DNA of 64,000 bases from Schmidtea polychroa (GCA_044892525.1 CM097885.1:234610001-234674000), one strand, 5' to 3'; positions 25,769 through 41,236 are shown, counted from the stretch's first letter. Notes: a model not told the origin generated them from the letters alone. Numbers and translations are program-made.

Positions 25769-26596
25769 AGACAAAATATAGTTTAAAAATTTAGATTTGA
25801 CATTAGAGATGATTATAATAAATTATTTTATTATTTAAGTTACTTTTTAAAAATGTTTTATGTGTATTTAAAAAGATATTAATTAGTGGTCAGAATAAAA
25901 GTTATCGTCAGATAACTGTTTCGGTACAAAATGAACATCCTTCGATGTGAAACTATTTTAAATTTTATCTTTCTATAAATTTCACATTGTGCAAATTGTG
26001 TTGACAATGCTAGATAATGATCAACCAACATGGAATTTAAATTATAAAAATACCGGATCTTTTATAGTTCAACATGTTCGAGAACATATAGAGTTAATGA
26101 ATGAATCTCATTTGGGATGATGTTAAATTTTTGTTAAATTTTTTGTATGAAAACAATTTTTAATTTTTTAATTTAAATTAGATTAATTTTTTATATTAAT
26201 TTTTAAAAAAAGTTTTGAATGAGATTGTTAACAATTTTGTGCGTTTATTACAATTAAAATAATTTAGATCAAAGTCTCTTGAAAAAGGCTGTGAATATCA
26301 AAATTCGTGAATATCAAAAAAACATCGATATCTTTACTGATTCATAGTCAAAAATTTTCTAATAAATACAATATTTATATGATTAAAAAATGTTTTTTAT
26401 AATTTTATTAAAATATTTTTTAGTTTGATACAATTTGATTACGATTATTATTCGTTAATTTGTTTGAATATTCTTATTTTCATTTAGTTGTTTTTAATGC
26501 GATTCCTAGCATGAAAACGGTCGAAATATATAACAATGTTATATGTTTATATACTTATTTGACGATTTTCTATTATAAAAACTTTACTTTCTTTGA

Positions 26597-26600
<4 letters not shown>

Positions 26601-26648
<48 letters not shown>
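26601..26648. repeat. (TTA)n microsatellite
   Basis: Direct reading. Confidence 0.95.
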
Positions 26649-26649
<1 letters not shown>

Positions 26650-27047
26650 AAATGAGATGCAGCGCTATTTAAAAATTCATATAATTCAACGTACTCACTT
26701 ACTCAAGGTAAAAATATAACCGATACCTTGTACAGTGATCATTTTATGAATAAATTCACTGTTGACCTATGTGTAGCATTTGAATCTCTAAAGGAACTTG
26801 CATCATCAATTTTAACAATTCTTTCATCTGCGTATTGTTGTGGTTCGTAAAAGACTCACTGCTGAAACTAGTTAAATAATTATTTCTTCAAAAATAATAA
26901 TTTATAGTCAGGGTACTAAGCAACAATTTCGTGACAACTATCACACCAACAAATAATAAAAATCATATGAATTAAAAATATGCATAAATAAATATTTAGA
27001 ACTATTTATTTTCATATTGACAAATGATCAAAAATGAAATTCTAGAC

Positions 27048-29776
27048 CAGTGATGTCCAACACAGTCGCCACTCACCACATGTGGCGAGTGGGCTATGTG
27101 CTTGTGGCGAATGTAGCATTTTTTTTATGTTTTATTTAATACTTCAATTCTATCCATAATACAAAGTTGTAACCAAAACATAAACAACGACAAATTTTTA
27201 TTTTGTAATCTTACATGCTAAGAAATGCTCATGGCAGATCCCGGTGTGTCAAATTTACGTACACATAGTGTCATGTGATTGTTTATTAAGAACTAAAATT
27301 TCGTTTTTAATTAATTTAGGTGTTTTCAAATAAACTAAAGTAATTTAAATGATTATTATTGTTATTTACCTGCATTGCTGTTGTTTACAATTGGGTTACA
27401 ATGAAAAAAAAGGAGATAGCTCTACATTCTACAAAAAATATATTAATCTACCTCTTTCCTCTCATTATACTATGTAGCAACTCAGTCAGTAACCGTATAC
27501 CTGTCGTATACCGAAAAACACTATGTTAGCGTTATGAATGTAATAGATGTAGACAGCAGTACTTTTCTGTAAATTTATATATAGACTGCTTTTTCCAACC
27601 AATGCACTATGTTCCAACTAACATTACGTACGTACACATAGTGAGACAGTAGGATGTTTTAAGTATCTGCACTCTCATTCATATTTATTATTGTTTAAGT
27701 TAATTCCTAATTTATTATAATTTTGTTACAAGTAGTAAACAGAAGAAAACAACAAAAAATTTTTATGCCAAAATGTGCTTCTTATCTATTTGTGATTACA
27801 CTTTATCTATTTGTGAAAACGCTTTTTTAAAATTTAAAAACAAATGACATTTTCATCAAAGTAGGCGTTTTTTTGGTTTGTTTTCCCGTTGTATGAATCC
27901 CATGTATTAGTCTCATGTTTGTTTTTGTTAAATAAACAACTAACGTGCGACTTTAAATATTACATATTATTCTTTTGAAATTATATTAAAAATATTTCAC
28001 CGTAAAAAATGGATAAATATTTAAAACGACATTCCGATACTGATAGTTCAGCTAGGCAAGAAGAAGCAACTGGTTCAACTCAATTAGAACCCAAAAAAGA
28101 GATTGGAAAAAGGTTTGCCGCAAATTTAATGGTAAATGGGAACTAGAATTTGCTGTAATGGAACAAAACCAAAAAACTGTATGTATATTGTGTAACAAAA
28201 CTTTTAATGACAATAAAGTGGACAGCATAAAAAAGCATTATCAACAAATGCATAGTGAATTTGATTGTAAGTTTCCTGTCGGCAAGCAAGTTAGAACGAA
28301 TGAAATAACTCGCTTAAAGTCAAAATTAGAAGGACAGCAATCTTTTTTTAAACGGTTTTTAACTACATCCGAACTTATTACTTTGGCTAGCTACAAAACG
28401 GCTTGGATTTTAGCTCAAAAAAGAAAACCTTTTTCGGATGGAGAACTAATCAAAGAGATTGTCCTGTCTATTATGGAAATTTTACTTGAAAATTATGAAG
28501 AACCTTTGAAGAAAGATATAATGCAAAAAATAGAAAACATGCAATTGAGTCACCAAACTATTGCTCGTAGAATGCAAGACTTGATGAAAAACATCAATAA
28601 GCAATTGCTCCAACATTTGAAAAGTTGTATATGTTTTTCTTTAGCATTAGACGAGTCATGTGACATCCGAGACACTGCTCAGTTAATTTTTTGGATACGC
28701 CTGGTTTCAAAAGACTTGGAAATATATGAAGAAATGTTGACAATCCGTGGAATGAAAGACCGTACTAGAGGCGTAGATATTTTTGAAATTTTCAAAAGTG
28801 TCGCTGAAGACTTTCAATTAGATATGACGAAATTAGTTTCTGTCACAACAGATGGTGCTCCAGCGATGCTTGGACAAAAATCTGGATTTGTCGGTATTTT
28901 GAAACAACAAACACACGTATGCTTGGTCGCTTCTTTCCCCTGCATGATACATGTGGAAAATATATGTGCTCAATTATCTGAAACAGACATTTTGAAAAAT
29001 ATGATGGATTTAGTTGTTAAAGTTGTTAATTATATTCGTAGTAGTGCTACAAACCATTGTCAGTTTCTGGAGCTTTTAAAGGAAATTGAGGGCACTGAAT
29101 TTAAAGATCTGCTATTTTTTACAAATGTTCGGTGGTTAAGTCGTGGTAAAGTTTTGGAACGATTTGTATCATTATTAAATCCCATCCGAAATTTCCTTCA
29201 AGAAAAAGAAATGCTTATCAATTTTTCTGAAATAGAAAATAAGGAATGGCAATGCGATTTAATTTTTCTCACTGATATAACGTTACATATTAATGAATTA
29301 AATTTAAAACTTCAAGGAAAAGGAAAGCTAATATGTGATTTGGCACAGTATATACGAGAATTTGTCTCTAATTTAAAACTTTTTGTGACACAGTTAAAAG
29401 ATTATGATTTCACGCATTTCGATAATATGGAAAAATATAAAGAAGATACCAATTTTAATATACAGCGTTATGTCGGATGGTTACAGAAACTACAAGAAAA
29501 ATTTGAAGAACGTTTTATTGATGTTGAGAAATTTAGACCTGCTTTTCAACTGATGCAAGATCCTTTCCATTTTGACATCACCAATTCTGAGTTGTCTAAA
29601 GATATCGCGAATTTGCTAAGTTTGGACCGACGTGATTTTTAAGCAGATATGCTTTTACTTCAAAGTCAGATCAATTATTCTAGAAACGATGAATCTATTT
29701 TAATGATGTGGACACGCCTCTTAAAGTCAAATGAGTTTGTGGTTCTCAACTCAGCTATTGCGAAGCTATTGAGTAT
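27048..29776 (+). mobile_element. hAT (Buster/Charlie, GTF2IRD2-like) transposon truncated by a Polinton-type end
   Basis: Left end cagtgatgtccaacac at 27048. The sequence switches to an AGTAG terminus at 29777. Confidence 0.8.
28009..29776 (+). pseudogene. GTF2IRD2/EPM2AIP1-like hAT transposase
   Basis: KPFSDGE, SLALDESCD, TTDGAPAM, VRWLSRG and LNLKLQG. Frameshift near 28120 and TAA at 29640. The frame continues to AIAKLLS, where it is cut before the expected MFGSTY-type motif. Confidence 0.9.
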
Positions 29777-29811
29777 AGTAGAGGGATAGCGGCCCTCTGG
29801 GACAAAGACAT
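29777..29811 (+). mobile_element. Stub of the Polinton-type terminus seen in full at 46745
   Basis: agtagagggatagcggccctctgggacaaagacat matches 46745-46795 with a 16-bp deletion between agcggccc microhomologies. Confidence 0.8.
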
Positions 29812-30248
29812 TGGAAATATTATTGGAAATATTATTACAATGTTATGGTGGAGAACAATGAAAGAAACCCACATAAAACCATAATTCATGACTCTCAAAA
29901 TAAAATATTTTGACATCATATAACTGGAGACTGGAAATAACATTTCCCAAAGGTCAATTTATTAAATTCCCGATTACAATCTCATGATTAAAATTTATAA
30001 TTTCAGAGAGAAATACCAATTTTGTAGTTACATTAAAGTTACACGTCTATCATTTTTTCGTAATAATTTATAAAAAGTTTTATAATTTATTTTTAATTGT
30101 TGTGAAAAATGTCTCAATGTTAATTTTTTATTATAAAATTATTGTTTTCTATTTTTTTCACATAGTAATTTATATGATAATATTTTCATTATTTATTTAT
30201 TTAATAATTATATTGTTTAATAATTATAATTATTTATTATTTTTTCAG

Positions 30249-32850
30249 ATAGTGATAATATTTAATTTATTCATTACGTACGGAGACACATTTTTGCACA
30301 GTCCTTTGGTGTATGACGATTTGTATTATGAAATTATACGGATGTCATCGACTTTCGATAATCTTTATAACTTTGGTTAGTGATTTTCATTATCAAATTG
30401 TTTCAGCATTTGTGCAAAATATGAATAATACAGTTATTTAACAAGTATATACACATTAATATATCAATTTAATTTCTTATAAAATTTTAATTCTTATTAA
30501 TAATATTTTGTATATTTCCATGGTTCATCAAACATTGTTTTAATGATTAAGAATTTTATTTGCAGCCAATTATATTTTATCATTTACAATTTTTTTGACA
30601 ATTAAATCTTACTGTTATAATATAATTTTGATAAACTATTTAATAACAATGGTATTTTTTCATATAAATAAATGAACACCATTTTTTGCAATATATTTTA
30701 AATTAGTCTAGTACATTTGATAACAATTGAGCTGTTGAATTATATTGATTGAATATTATTTTCAAAATGGTTACTTTTTATTTTATAATTATTTCATGTT
30801 ATATGCCGAGCTATTTGTAATATTCATTTTTTTCTTTTTAGTTTTTCAATTTTGAACTTAATTTAAACCATATTTTTTATGAAAATATTTTTCCCATATT
30901 CATAGATTGTACGAGCTTGATATATGTGTGTATGTGAATGAGTGATTATGGAATAACGCTTAATTAAAATCACCAAATGGCAAATTTTATAATAACTTTT
31001 AATTTTGATCGACAACATGGCATTTTTATTTTAATGTTATTTGAAAATCGACTTTCCTCTATCGAATGATGCATAATTTGTCCAATTTGAACCATTAATT
31101 CTATTTGACTGTTATCTATCTTTTTTTGGACATACAAATAAATCTATGGAGAATTATGCATTTGGATTGATAACATGATTCCGTCATTTTGACGGGTTAT
31201 ACTTAGTTTTATGTATAATTTTGATTGTTAAATTTTTAATTTTTCCCTACTTACTGAGTTTCAAATTTAATATCATTTTAGTTGTGATAATAATCTAAAT
31301 TTATTTTTAATTTATAAATATATAGAAAGTGGACTATGTAATCGACAATTCTCTCAAAATTATTTTTAATTTGAATCCAAAATTCTAAATCAAATTTTAA
31401 ATTAGTTTCACAATTATTTCATGGCATCAAATTAATATTGTAATTGACTAAAGGAAAAAAAGCTACAAAAGTGCAACTATAAATATAAAAAACGTCTTAA
31501 AAGGAAGTTTAGTTATTTTTTTTAGTCATTCGAACTTCTGCGTCCAAGCCTGAGTTGAAGGAACAAACATCAGTTTTATTGGATCACTTATTAAATATCA
31601 GGTATGAATATATTTCTAAATAAAATATTGATTTTGTTTACAATTTCATAAATAAAATTCTTTCATAAAAAATATTATTAATGAATTTTATATGCGTATT
31701 ATTAAGATTTATTCATAATTTTCATTGATGGGAAACCATCTTCCAATTCCTCGCGAAATGGTTAGGGTCTAGGAAATTATGAATGATAGATCATAAGTTA
31801 TGTAATTTTAAATTTTAAAAGTAAATACTGTATGTATTTCATTTCTATTGTACCGTTACTTTAATACGTAAATTTGTATGTCATGCATAGGAAACAAATG
31901 AGATACTAACCATATTTTAAAATAAACGTTCATGTCTGGATTATATTATATAAAAATATTTCCCCTTTTTGTCATTTATATTTATTTTTAGTAGTAAATC
32001 AAAAAATAGTAATTTTCTGTCTTAAAAGCGGAGCATTCTTAAAACTCCATTGGATAAATTTTTAACCCTTTAACTGATTTTGTCGAATATACTCGTCATG
32101 AAAAGACATCATTCTTTATCTAATGACGATTATACTTGTCTCATAGAAAAAAATTAATATTTACTATTTAAATTACATTATAAAATCCAAAACGCGTTCG
32201 TCAATTTAACAGATTGATACGCATATTAAAATTTAAATAAAGCAGATAAGGAATTACAAATTGGGTCTGTTTAGCCAAAAGCGATATCTGTGGTCATCTT
32301 AATAATGATATATGATTCAGGAAAATTAATTAAGTAAAAATTTCCGAAATTACAGTTTAACAGTTTTTAGGTTCTTTTACTATGTATCTAATTCAAATGC
32401 ATTTCCAAATTGGTCTTAGGTTCTATATCAGTGGTGGCCAACCCAAATCAATCGAAGGGCCAAATTTTCGGAAAAATACTATCATGGGCCACAATAAATT
32501 CATTTAAATAAATATAACTCGTTTTTACGATTCAAGTAAACTTAGAATCAATTTTTTAAATTAAAAACATGCTTAATTCGAATATAAATTCTAAAAAAGA
32601 CAAATATTGATTTGATGTTTAAAATTGTGTCCGGGCCACCGGTTGGCCATGGCTGTTCTATATAATGGAGCCATTTTTATGGAATCTATGAATTAGTTAG
32701 CCTTTTAAATAATCTTTATGAATTGTAGTGATAAATTTTTATTTTTTGGTTTAAAATTTTGTTAATTTCAGAGCAATAATAAATCATTTCAATCCTAAGA
32801 TTCAATATTGGAGCGAAGAAAATCATCTAGGATCATTATCAAGGGATCAG
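30249..32850 (+). CDS. ARMH3: ARMH3/C10orf76 (UPF0668) homolog, three internal exons: 30249-30375, 31526-31601, 32772-32850 (partial)
   Basis: The GT-AG spliced frame reads [94 protein letters not shown]. This matches my recollection of the conserved ARMH3 C-terminal region ([33 protein letters not shown]). Flanking exons were not found. Confidence 0.85.
32429..32655. mobile_element. hAT-type MITE in an ARMH3 intron
   Basis: Imperfect TIRs cagtggtggccaacc and ggttggccatggctg. 8-bp TSD TTCTATAT at 32421-32428 and 32656-32663. Confidence 0.88.
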
Positions 32851-33713
32851 GTTGTAATATAGTTTCATTTTGATTTTAAATGATTTGATTAATTTTTAAT
32901 ATTATTAAAATCTTTAATAATATATTCTTACAATGAATTCTTACAAATAACCACATATTCTGTAATTAGAAATGCCATTAGGAATTTGTTGATTTTGCAA
33001 GATAAAATAAATAATTAATATTCATTTTTTGGTTTCATTTTTGATTTTTTTTAATTCAATAATTTTCATATCATGTACTTTATATATTGTTTTGATCTAT
33101 AGTATTACAATTATTAATATGAAAATTAATGAATAATTAATACATTTAATTTCTATAGAAAATCCATAAAATGTTGATAATTAATTATCATTTGAAAAAT
33201 CACTTGAAAAAGCCAGTGCCTAAAATTAATGAATATCAATAAAACATCGATAATATCTATCGCAACTATAAAAACATTATAATTAATAACTCCGAAAATT
33301 TATTAATTATAAAATTGTGATGTCGTGATCTGAATTCCATCTGAATGTGATAATAATTTGGCACTACAATATCTTTACCGATCCATTGTCAAGTTTTTTA
33401 AGAAATATAATGTCAATTGAAAAGAAATCAGTGGTGAAAATTGAAAAAAGTTCTTAAAATTTTAAATAATGACAAAACCTTACGTGTGGGCGAGCATTTG
33501 CCGAGGCTCCATTCGTTGATATTTTTATTATTTTAATTGTTATAAGAACTTTTATTTCTTCCAATTTCACCACTGATTAACTTTATTCCATTGAATTTAT
33601 TAAAAAGAGAGTTTGAAGACTATAAATCAGTAATATATCGATGTTTGTTGATACTCACGAATTTTCAGCACTGCCTTTTTCAAGTGAATTTGATCTAATA
33701 AAATGTGTTGCCA

Positions 33714-34793
33714 CTAATTCTCGTGATTTTGAATTTGTGGGTTTAGATGTTTTTCACTCAACAAATCCATCAGACTGAGAAATAAGTGGCAAGGAAAACA
33801 ATATATTGCATCTTTGTTTTTGCAATAAAATAACCATTTCCTCTCTTTCTTTTCAATATACTCATTTTTAAATTTCCAGCAATTATTAAATAAGTGGCCA
33901 TTTGTGACAGGATACTTCCTTAACTCTACATGTTCTGGACCATGTTGAACTAGAAAAGATATAGTATTTTTATAATTTTTTTTATGTTGCTGGATCATTT
34001 GCATTCACATTTTCATATTCAGACTTATTATCATTGCTCGCATCAACTTCATTTTTTTCAAACAAGTCTTGTTCTGTATTTTCCACAATTTAAATTTTTT
34101 TTAAAGTACAATCTTCAGATTTTACTTCCATAGCAGGGGCATTCACTTCCACGTCATAGGCATTATCTTCACCATCCAGTCAATCCTTTGAACTTGAAGT
34201 ACACACATTGTCATTGTAACTTTCAGATTTTGAGTTACTCGTTTTAAGCCAGTTTTGTAAACCAAACTATTGTTCTTTCTCACTTTTTTCCTTAGTAAGC
34301 CGTTCTGTGCGGTACTGATGTCCGCTTTTTTTCTTCCGATCCATGTCTAACTTTTAAGAAATATATTTATTTTCTGGATAATGAATTTTATTAATTACTT
34401 ATTTATTCTTATTAAAAATTGATTAATTGATTTCAGTAACTAAAAATCTAAACTCGATCAACTTTTAATAACATTCAATTAATTCTTAAATAGCTTGCGA
34501 AACACTACAACTTTACAACAAGTGTATACTGTGCAGTTTTGTTGTTTTTCCCCTTCCGGTTCCAATAGACTGTAGAGTTGTTAATAAATCATATTGACAT
34601 TTGTATGATAAGAAGCCCCACAAAGGCAACAAATATAATAAAAAATATTATAATGGTTTAAATAAAATATAATTAATTATTAGCTTCTTTTGTTATCGAG
34701 GATAAAAGTGAAATATCTATTTAAATAAAAAATTTAGAGATTTAGCGGCGTCCTTGGCAACTACCCCAATGCCAGGCCGTTTTTACGCCACTG
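33714..34793 (-). mobile_element. 5' fragment of a ZMYM1-like hAT element (TTF-type zinc finger)
   Basis: End cagtggcgta at 34793 (minus), ATG at 34344 (MDRKKKSG), RKWLFYCKNKDAIYCFPCHLF. Confidence 0.7.
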
Positions 34794-35477
34794 GATATTA
34801 AAAATTGAAAATATGGAAAAGTTTAATTAAATATTGAACATTAAAAAAAATTGTCCAAATTTATTTTAAAACAATAAAAACTTATTGGAAATAATAACAC
34901 ATAATAGGAAGAAAATAAATTGCTTATAATAATGTAGTGGTTTTGGCTCATGAAAAATCGCTGAATAAATCATCTTTAGTCATTCTCGTGGAACTACTTG
35001 ACGAGAATTTAACAAAAAGTTCTAAACATCTTTGCTGGGCCAATATACAGGACCAATTTATTTTCCCATTTTTTAACTAATTCTAGAATTGTGATAACTA
35101 AATGTTTTTGATGAATATCGAACAATTCATATAGGATAAACAGATTTAATATTCAATAAAACAATTTTTTATGGGTTAATCTTAATGATTTAGGCGAAAA
35201 CGATTTGAAATTATGAAATTGGAATATCATGTTAACGAAAATGTAAATATAATCTTTATCGATTTAAGCACATCATTTTTTCGTAATAATTTATAAAAAG
35301 TTTTATAATTTATTTTTAATTGTTGTGAAAAATGTCTCAATGTTAATTTTTTATTATAAAATTATTGTTTTCTATTTTTTTCACATAGTAATTTATATGA
35401 TAATATTTTCATTATTTATTTATTTAATAATTATATTGTTTAATAATTATAATTATTTATTATTTTTTCAGATAGTG

Positions 35478-38451
35478 AGTAGGTAGATAGTAGCCCACGG
35501 GAACAATTACTCCCCCCCGGGGGGAGGGGGGGTTTGTTCCCAAATTTTTATTACGCAATTGTTCCCAACTCATTTTTTTGCTTTCAGGGAATTTTAGTCC
35601 AAATTTTTTTTTATCACACTATAGTGAGGGGGTCTCGATGGTCCTGGGATTTTCAATACAAAAAATTTTTTTCAATACAAAAATCCGACTACCACTAAAA
35701 AAGCATGGATTTTTCTAGGTCAATTCAGGTGGGTCTCCTTGGTCCTGGGATTTTCAATACAAAAAAAATTTTTCAATACAAAAAGCTGGTCTACACTAAA
35801 AAAGCATGGTAATTTAAGGTCTCAGGATATTTTCAATACAAAAAGCTGGTCTACACTAAAAAAGCCAAGGATTTTTCAGACTATAGTGAGGTGAGTCTCC
35901 TTGGTCCTGAGAAATAGGTGATCTACACTAGAAAATCGTGGTAATTTAAGGTCTCAGGATATTTTCAATACAAAAAGCTGGTCTACACTAAAAAAAGCAT
36001 GGTAATTTAAGGTCTCAGGATATTTTCAATACAAAAAGCTGGTCTACACTAAAAAAGCCAAGGATTTTTCAGACTATAGTGAGGTGAGTCTCCTTGGTCC
36101 TGAGAAATAAGGGGGTCTCGATGGACCTGGGATTTTCAATACAAATAAAATTTTTCTATACAAAAATCCGACTATCAATAAAAAAGTCAAGGATTTATCA
36201 CACTATAGTGAGGGGGTCTCGATGAACCTGGGATTTTCAATACAAATAAAATTTTTTCTATACAAAAATCCGACTACCACTAAAAAAGCCAAGGATTTTT
36301 CAGACTATAGTGAGGGGGTCTCGATGGTCCTGGGATTTTCAATACAAAAAAATTTTTTTCAATACAAAAACGATGGTCCTGGGATTTTCAATACAAAAAA
36401 AATTTTTCAATACAAAAAGCTGGTCTACACTAAAAAAGCATGGTAATTTAAGGTCTCAGGATATTTTCAATACAAAAAGCTGGTCTACACTATAAAAGCC
36501 AAGGATTTTTCAGACTATAGTGAGGTGAGTCTCCTTGGTCCTGAGAAATAGGTGGTCTACACTAAAAACGTGGTAAATTTTTCAATTAAAGTAAATAATG
36601 GTCCAAATTTTAAAATTAAAGTAAATTATGGTTCTAAAAATTAAATTATAGTAAATTATGGCTCAAATTTTTAAATTACAGTAAATTATGTTCCTAAAAA
36701 TTAAATTACAGTAAATTATGGTCAAACATTTTAAATTAAAAAAAACAATGGTTCAAATTTTTCAAATACAGTAAATTATGGGTCTAAAAATTAAATTACA
36801 GTAAATTATGGTTCTAAAAATTAAATTATAGTAAATTATGGCTCAAATTTTTAAATTAAAGTAAATAATGGTTCTAAAAAATTAAATTAAAGTAAATTAT
36901 GGCTCAAATTTTCAAATAAGGTAATAATGGTCCTAAAAAATTAAATTACAGTAAATAATGGTTCTAAAAATTAAATTAAAGTAAATTATGGTTCTAAAAT
37001 ATTAAATTACAGTAAATTATGGTCCAGATTTTTCAATTAAAGTAAATAATGGTCCAAATTTTTGAATTAAAGTAAATTTAAGTTCTTAAAAATTAAATTA
37101 CAGTAAATAATGGTCCAAATTTTTAAATTAAGTAATCAATGGTAAAAAATTTTAAATAAGTAAATTAAAGTAATAATTTTTAAATAAGTAAATTAAAGTA
37201 ATGTAATAAGTAAATTAAAGTAAGATTTTAAAATTTAATTACAAAATAATAGAAGGTGTTTGAGAATTGAAATTTTTTAATGAAAATTTTTATGAAATAA
37301 TTTTTAAGTAATTTTTAATAGAAATTTTAATGAAATATTTTTCAATGGTAATTTTTAATGGAAATTTTTATGGAATAATTTTTTAAGTAATTTTTAATGG
37401 AAATTTTTATGAAATATTTTTCAATGATAATTTTAGATGGAAATTTTTAATGAAAATTTTTATGAAATATTTTTCAAAGACAAATTTTAATAATAATTCA
37501 ACAACAAACCAACAACTTAGTACCAACAACCAGTAACTTATGAACATGTATTAACAACCAGATACCTACAACTAGTTACTAACAACCAGTTACCTGATAC
37601 CAGATACCTACAACTAGATACCTACAACTAGTTACCTGATACCAACTACTAACAACCACCTACCCATTAACTAGCTACAACCAGCTAACTACTAGATACC
37701 ACGTACTAAATAACTCTCAAACAACCAAGTACTTACAACTAATTACCAGATACCAAGTACTATCAACCAGCTTACAACCTGATACCAACAACTAACAACC
37801 AACTACCAAGTACTTACAACTAGATACTAACAACCAGTTACCTGATACCAAGTACCTACAACTAGATACCACGTACTAAATAACTCTCAAACAACCAAGT
37901 ACCTACAACTAATTACCAGATACCAAGTACTATCAACCAGCTAACAACCTGATACCAACTACTCACAACCAGATAACAACTAACAACCAGATACCAAGTA
38001 CTTACAACTAGTTACTAACAACTAGCTACCAACTACTAAGTACTAACAACCAACATCAACCAGGTACTAAGCATTATCAACCAAGTACTAACAACTAGAT
38101 ACCTAGTTACTAACAACCCGCTAACAACTAACAACTAGATACCAAGTACCAGTAAATTACGAACATGTATTAACAACCAGATACCTACAACTAGTTACTA
38201 ACAACTAGTTACCTGATAGCAACCAACTAGCTACCAACTACTAAGTACCTACAACCAACATCAACCAGGTACTAAGCATTAATTACCAACTACTAAGTAC
38301 CTACAACCAACTAACAACCACCTACCAAGTACTAAGCATTATCAACCAACTACTAAGTACCTACAACCAACTAGCTACCACCTACCAAGTACTAACAACC
38401 AGTTACCAACTACTAAGCATTAATTACCTACAACTAGTTACTAACAACTAG
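35478..38451 (+). repeat. Left TIR built from tandem modules
   Basis: Modules: ttttcaatacaaaaagctggtctacac units (35630-36570), ~30-bp aaagtaaattatgg units (36580-37240) and a C/A-rich low-complexity array (37500-38560). Mirrored at ~43300-46398. Confidence 0.9.
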
Positions 38452-38874
38452 CTACCAAGTACATACAACCAGACACTAAGCATTATCAACCAAGTTCTAA
38501 CAACCAAGTACAAGATACCTAGTACTGTCAACTAGATACCAAACACTTACAACCAGATGACCACATGAAATTATTGGTTAAATATGAAAATAAGGGTTAT
38601 AATTAGTTGTTTAGTAAATTATGGTGTAAAATTAAGTAATAAAGCATAAATAGGTAAATTAAGGATAAGTAAATTAAAGTTAATTAAGGTCCAAATTTTA
38701 AAAATAAGTAATCAATGTTCTAAAAAATTAAATTAAAGTTAAATAAGTAAATTAAAGTAATAATTTTTAAATAAGTAATGTAATAAGTAAATTAAAGTAA
38801 GATTTTTAATTTTATTATCAAAAGATAACCACCAACTTTTTTGAGAAATGTAATTTATAATGAAAATTTAAATG

Positions 38875-38875
<1 letters not shown>

Positions 38876-38949
<74 letters not shown>
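38876..38949. repeat. (AAT)n microsatellite
   Basis: Direct reading. Confidence 0.95.
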
Positions 38950-38952
<3 letters not shown>

Positions 38953-39432
38953 TAATAATAATTCAACAGTTACCAACAATCGGTTACTGATTATTTTTTA
39001 ACTAGGTGCTAACAAATACTTACAACTAGATACCACGTACTAACTAACTCTCAAACAACCAGATACTTACAACTAACTACTAAATATTCTTCACTGTATT
39101 TTATGAAATGCTTTTTAAATTAATATTTTTTATACAGCTTCTATAATAATTTTAATTACAATCAGTAGAAAAACCTTTTCAAAATGTCTAAATTTAACAA
39201 AAATGTTGATTTTCATCAAAAAACCACAACTCAACCACTTTAAAACACCACGTGGAATTCAAAATAATTACAATGAAAGACTAATGAATTCTAATTTACA
39301 AAACATTCTTCTTTTAAATGATAACTACTGACTTATTATTGCAAAGTAAAAATCGCATTCAATAAATACTTATTGTTGATCAGTTTTATTATATATACTC
39401 TGAGTTTATCCGACAGGATGTTTTGACCCCCT

Positions 39433-39530
39433 AAGGGTACAGGTCGTAAGGGTACTAGTCGTAAGGGTACTGGTCGTAAGGGTATTAGTCGTAAGGGTAC
39501 TGGTCGTAAAGGTACTAGTCGTAGGGGTAT
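39433..39530. repeat. 15-bp tandem repeat aagggtactagtcgt, about 6 copies
   Basis: Direct reading. Confidence 0.9.
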
Positions 39531-41236
39531 TGATCACTCTCAATCCCCACCTACTCATTAATTAGCTACCATGTACTAACCACTAGGTTTCAAACAACTA
39601 AATACTAAACACTTACAACCATGTACTAACAACCACCATCAAAACCCATCGAGAAATTAACAAATATCAACCTACAACTAGATACTTACAACCAGATACC
39701 TGCTACCAAGTACCAAGTACTAACAACCAACTACTTACAACCAACAACTATGTACTAACAAATTGATCTTTAAAAGCAAATACTCATCACTTGAAAAAAT
39801 TAGATGAAAAATTAATTGAACTCAAGGCACTTTTAAGATATTTGAACTCAAGGCATCAATAACTTGGTAAAAATTGATTAAATTATTGTAAAAATTTAAA
39901 TTATTCAAAATATACTAAATTAAAAAAATATAATTAATGGACAAGAAAGAACTTTAAATTCTAGTCATTGATCATTCAAGTTAATATGAATCAACTAAGA
40001 TAATAAATTAATAAGAATTTTGAAATAAGATCTAGTAGATAATTGATTTAGATTGAATAAATTAATTTAAATAAAATTAAATTTAATTATTTTTTTAAAA
40101 GTAATACATGTACTCAAATTGATTGACTGATTTCTCAATATATTCAAAAAATCAGTATAAATTCATTACAATTATCAAAGTCAGCAATCTACAATAAAAA
40201 TAATTATCATTAAATTCCAAAAGAGACTAGATAACTAATGATAACATCTAACAAACCAGTAAATTCATTTAAATGACAATAATTGGTATATCCAAGTGAA
40301 TTCTCCAATAAAATCATCTAAAAAGAATCATTTTCCCCTAAATATATCAATATTTAAAGATTGGTATTTTAATGATAAGTACTTGTTAAAGATCATATAT
40401 TCACCTCAAACTAACAAGATTCCTTAAAATCCCCTTAAATGACTACATTTCTATCCTTAATTCATATTATTACAAATATCATCTAAAAAGCATCAAATTT
40501 CATTGAAATAACACTATCTTTAAAGATTGATATTTTAAAGATAAGTACTCATAAAAGACTATATATTCACCTCAAACTAACAAGATTCCTTAAAATCTCT
40601 TAAATGACTATATTTCTACCCTTAATCCATATTATTACAAATATTTCACTAAAATCATCTAAAAAGCATCAAATTTCCCTGAAATAACTATCTTTAAAGA
40701 TTAGTATTTTATCGATAAATATCCTTAAAAGGTTATATATTTACCTCAGACTAATAAGATTGCTTAAAATCCCCTTTAAATTCCTATTATCACGAATATT
40801 ATAAAACATGTAAAATAATTTGGTCATTAACCCTAAATAATTGATAAAATCAAATGATAAAACCAGTTATAATTAACTTTTTGTTAATCACTGTACTCGA
40901 AATTTAAAATAAATATAACTGACTAGGTCCCATTAAAAGATTAAATTTATCCATTCAATAAAATATATTTCTTCAAATGGTCAACTTTTGTCGTTGTCCA
41001 CCTAAATAAAGATAAAAATAATTTAAAGTTGATATCAATCCCATTTATCTGTAAAGTTTTCATCGTCAAAACCAAGTAAATCGACATTGTTCTAAAACAT
41101 AAATCTAAATTAATATACAATGAATTAATCACAACCTAATAAAACGATATAATTATTATTGATACATAACTGACTAATGTATTGACATTTCCCTTAAAAC
41201 AATGATATTTTACCAACATCACCATTAAAAAAATCA

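Noticed and set aside
26460..26672. Poly-Leu ORF
   Set aside because: (TTA)n microsatellite translation.
35630..37240. Regular repeats that might be taken for a CRISPR array
   Set aside because: There are no unique spacers or cas genes, the context is eukaryotic, and these are tandem TIR modules.
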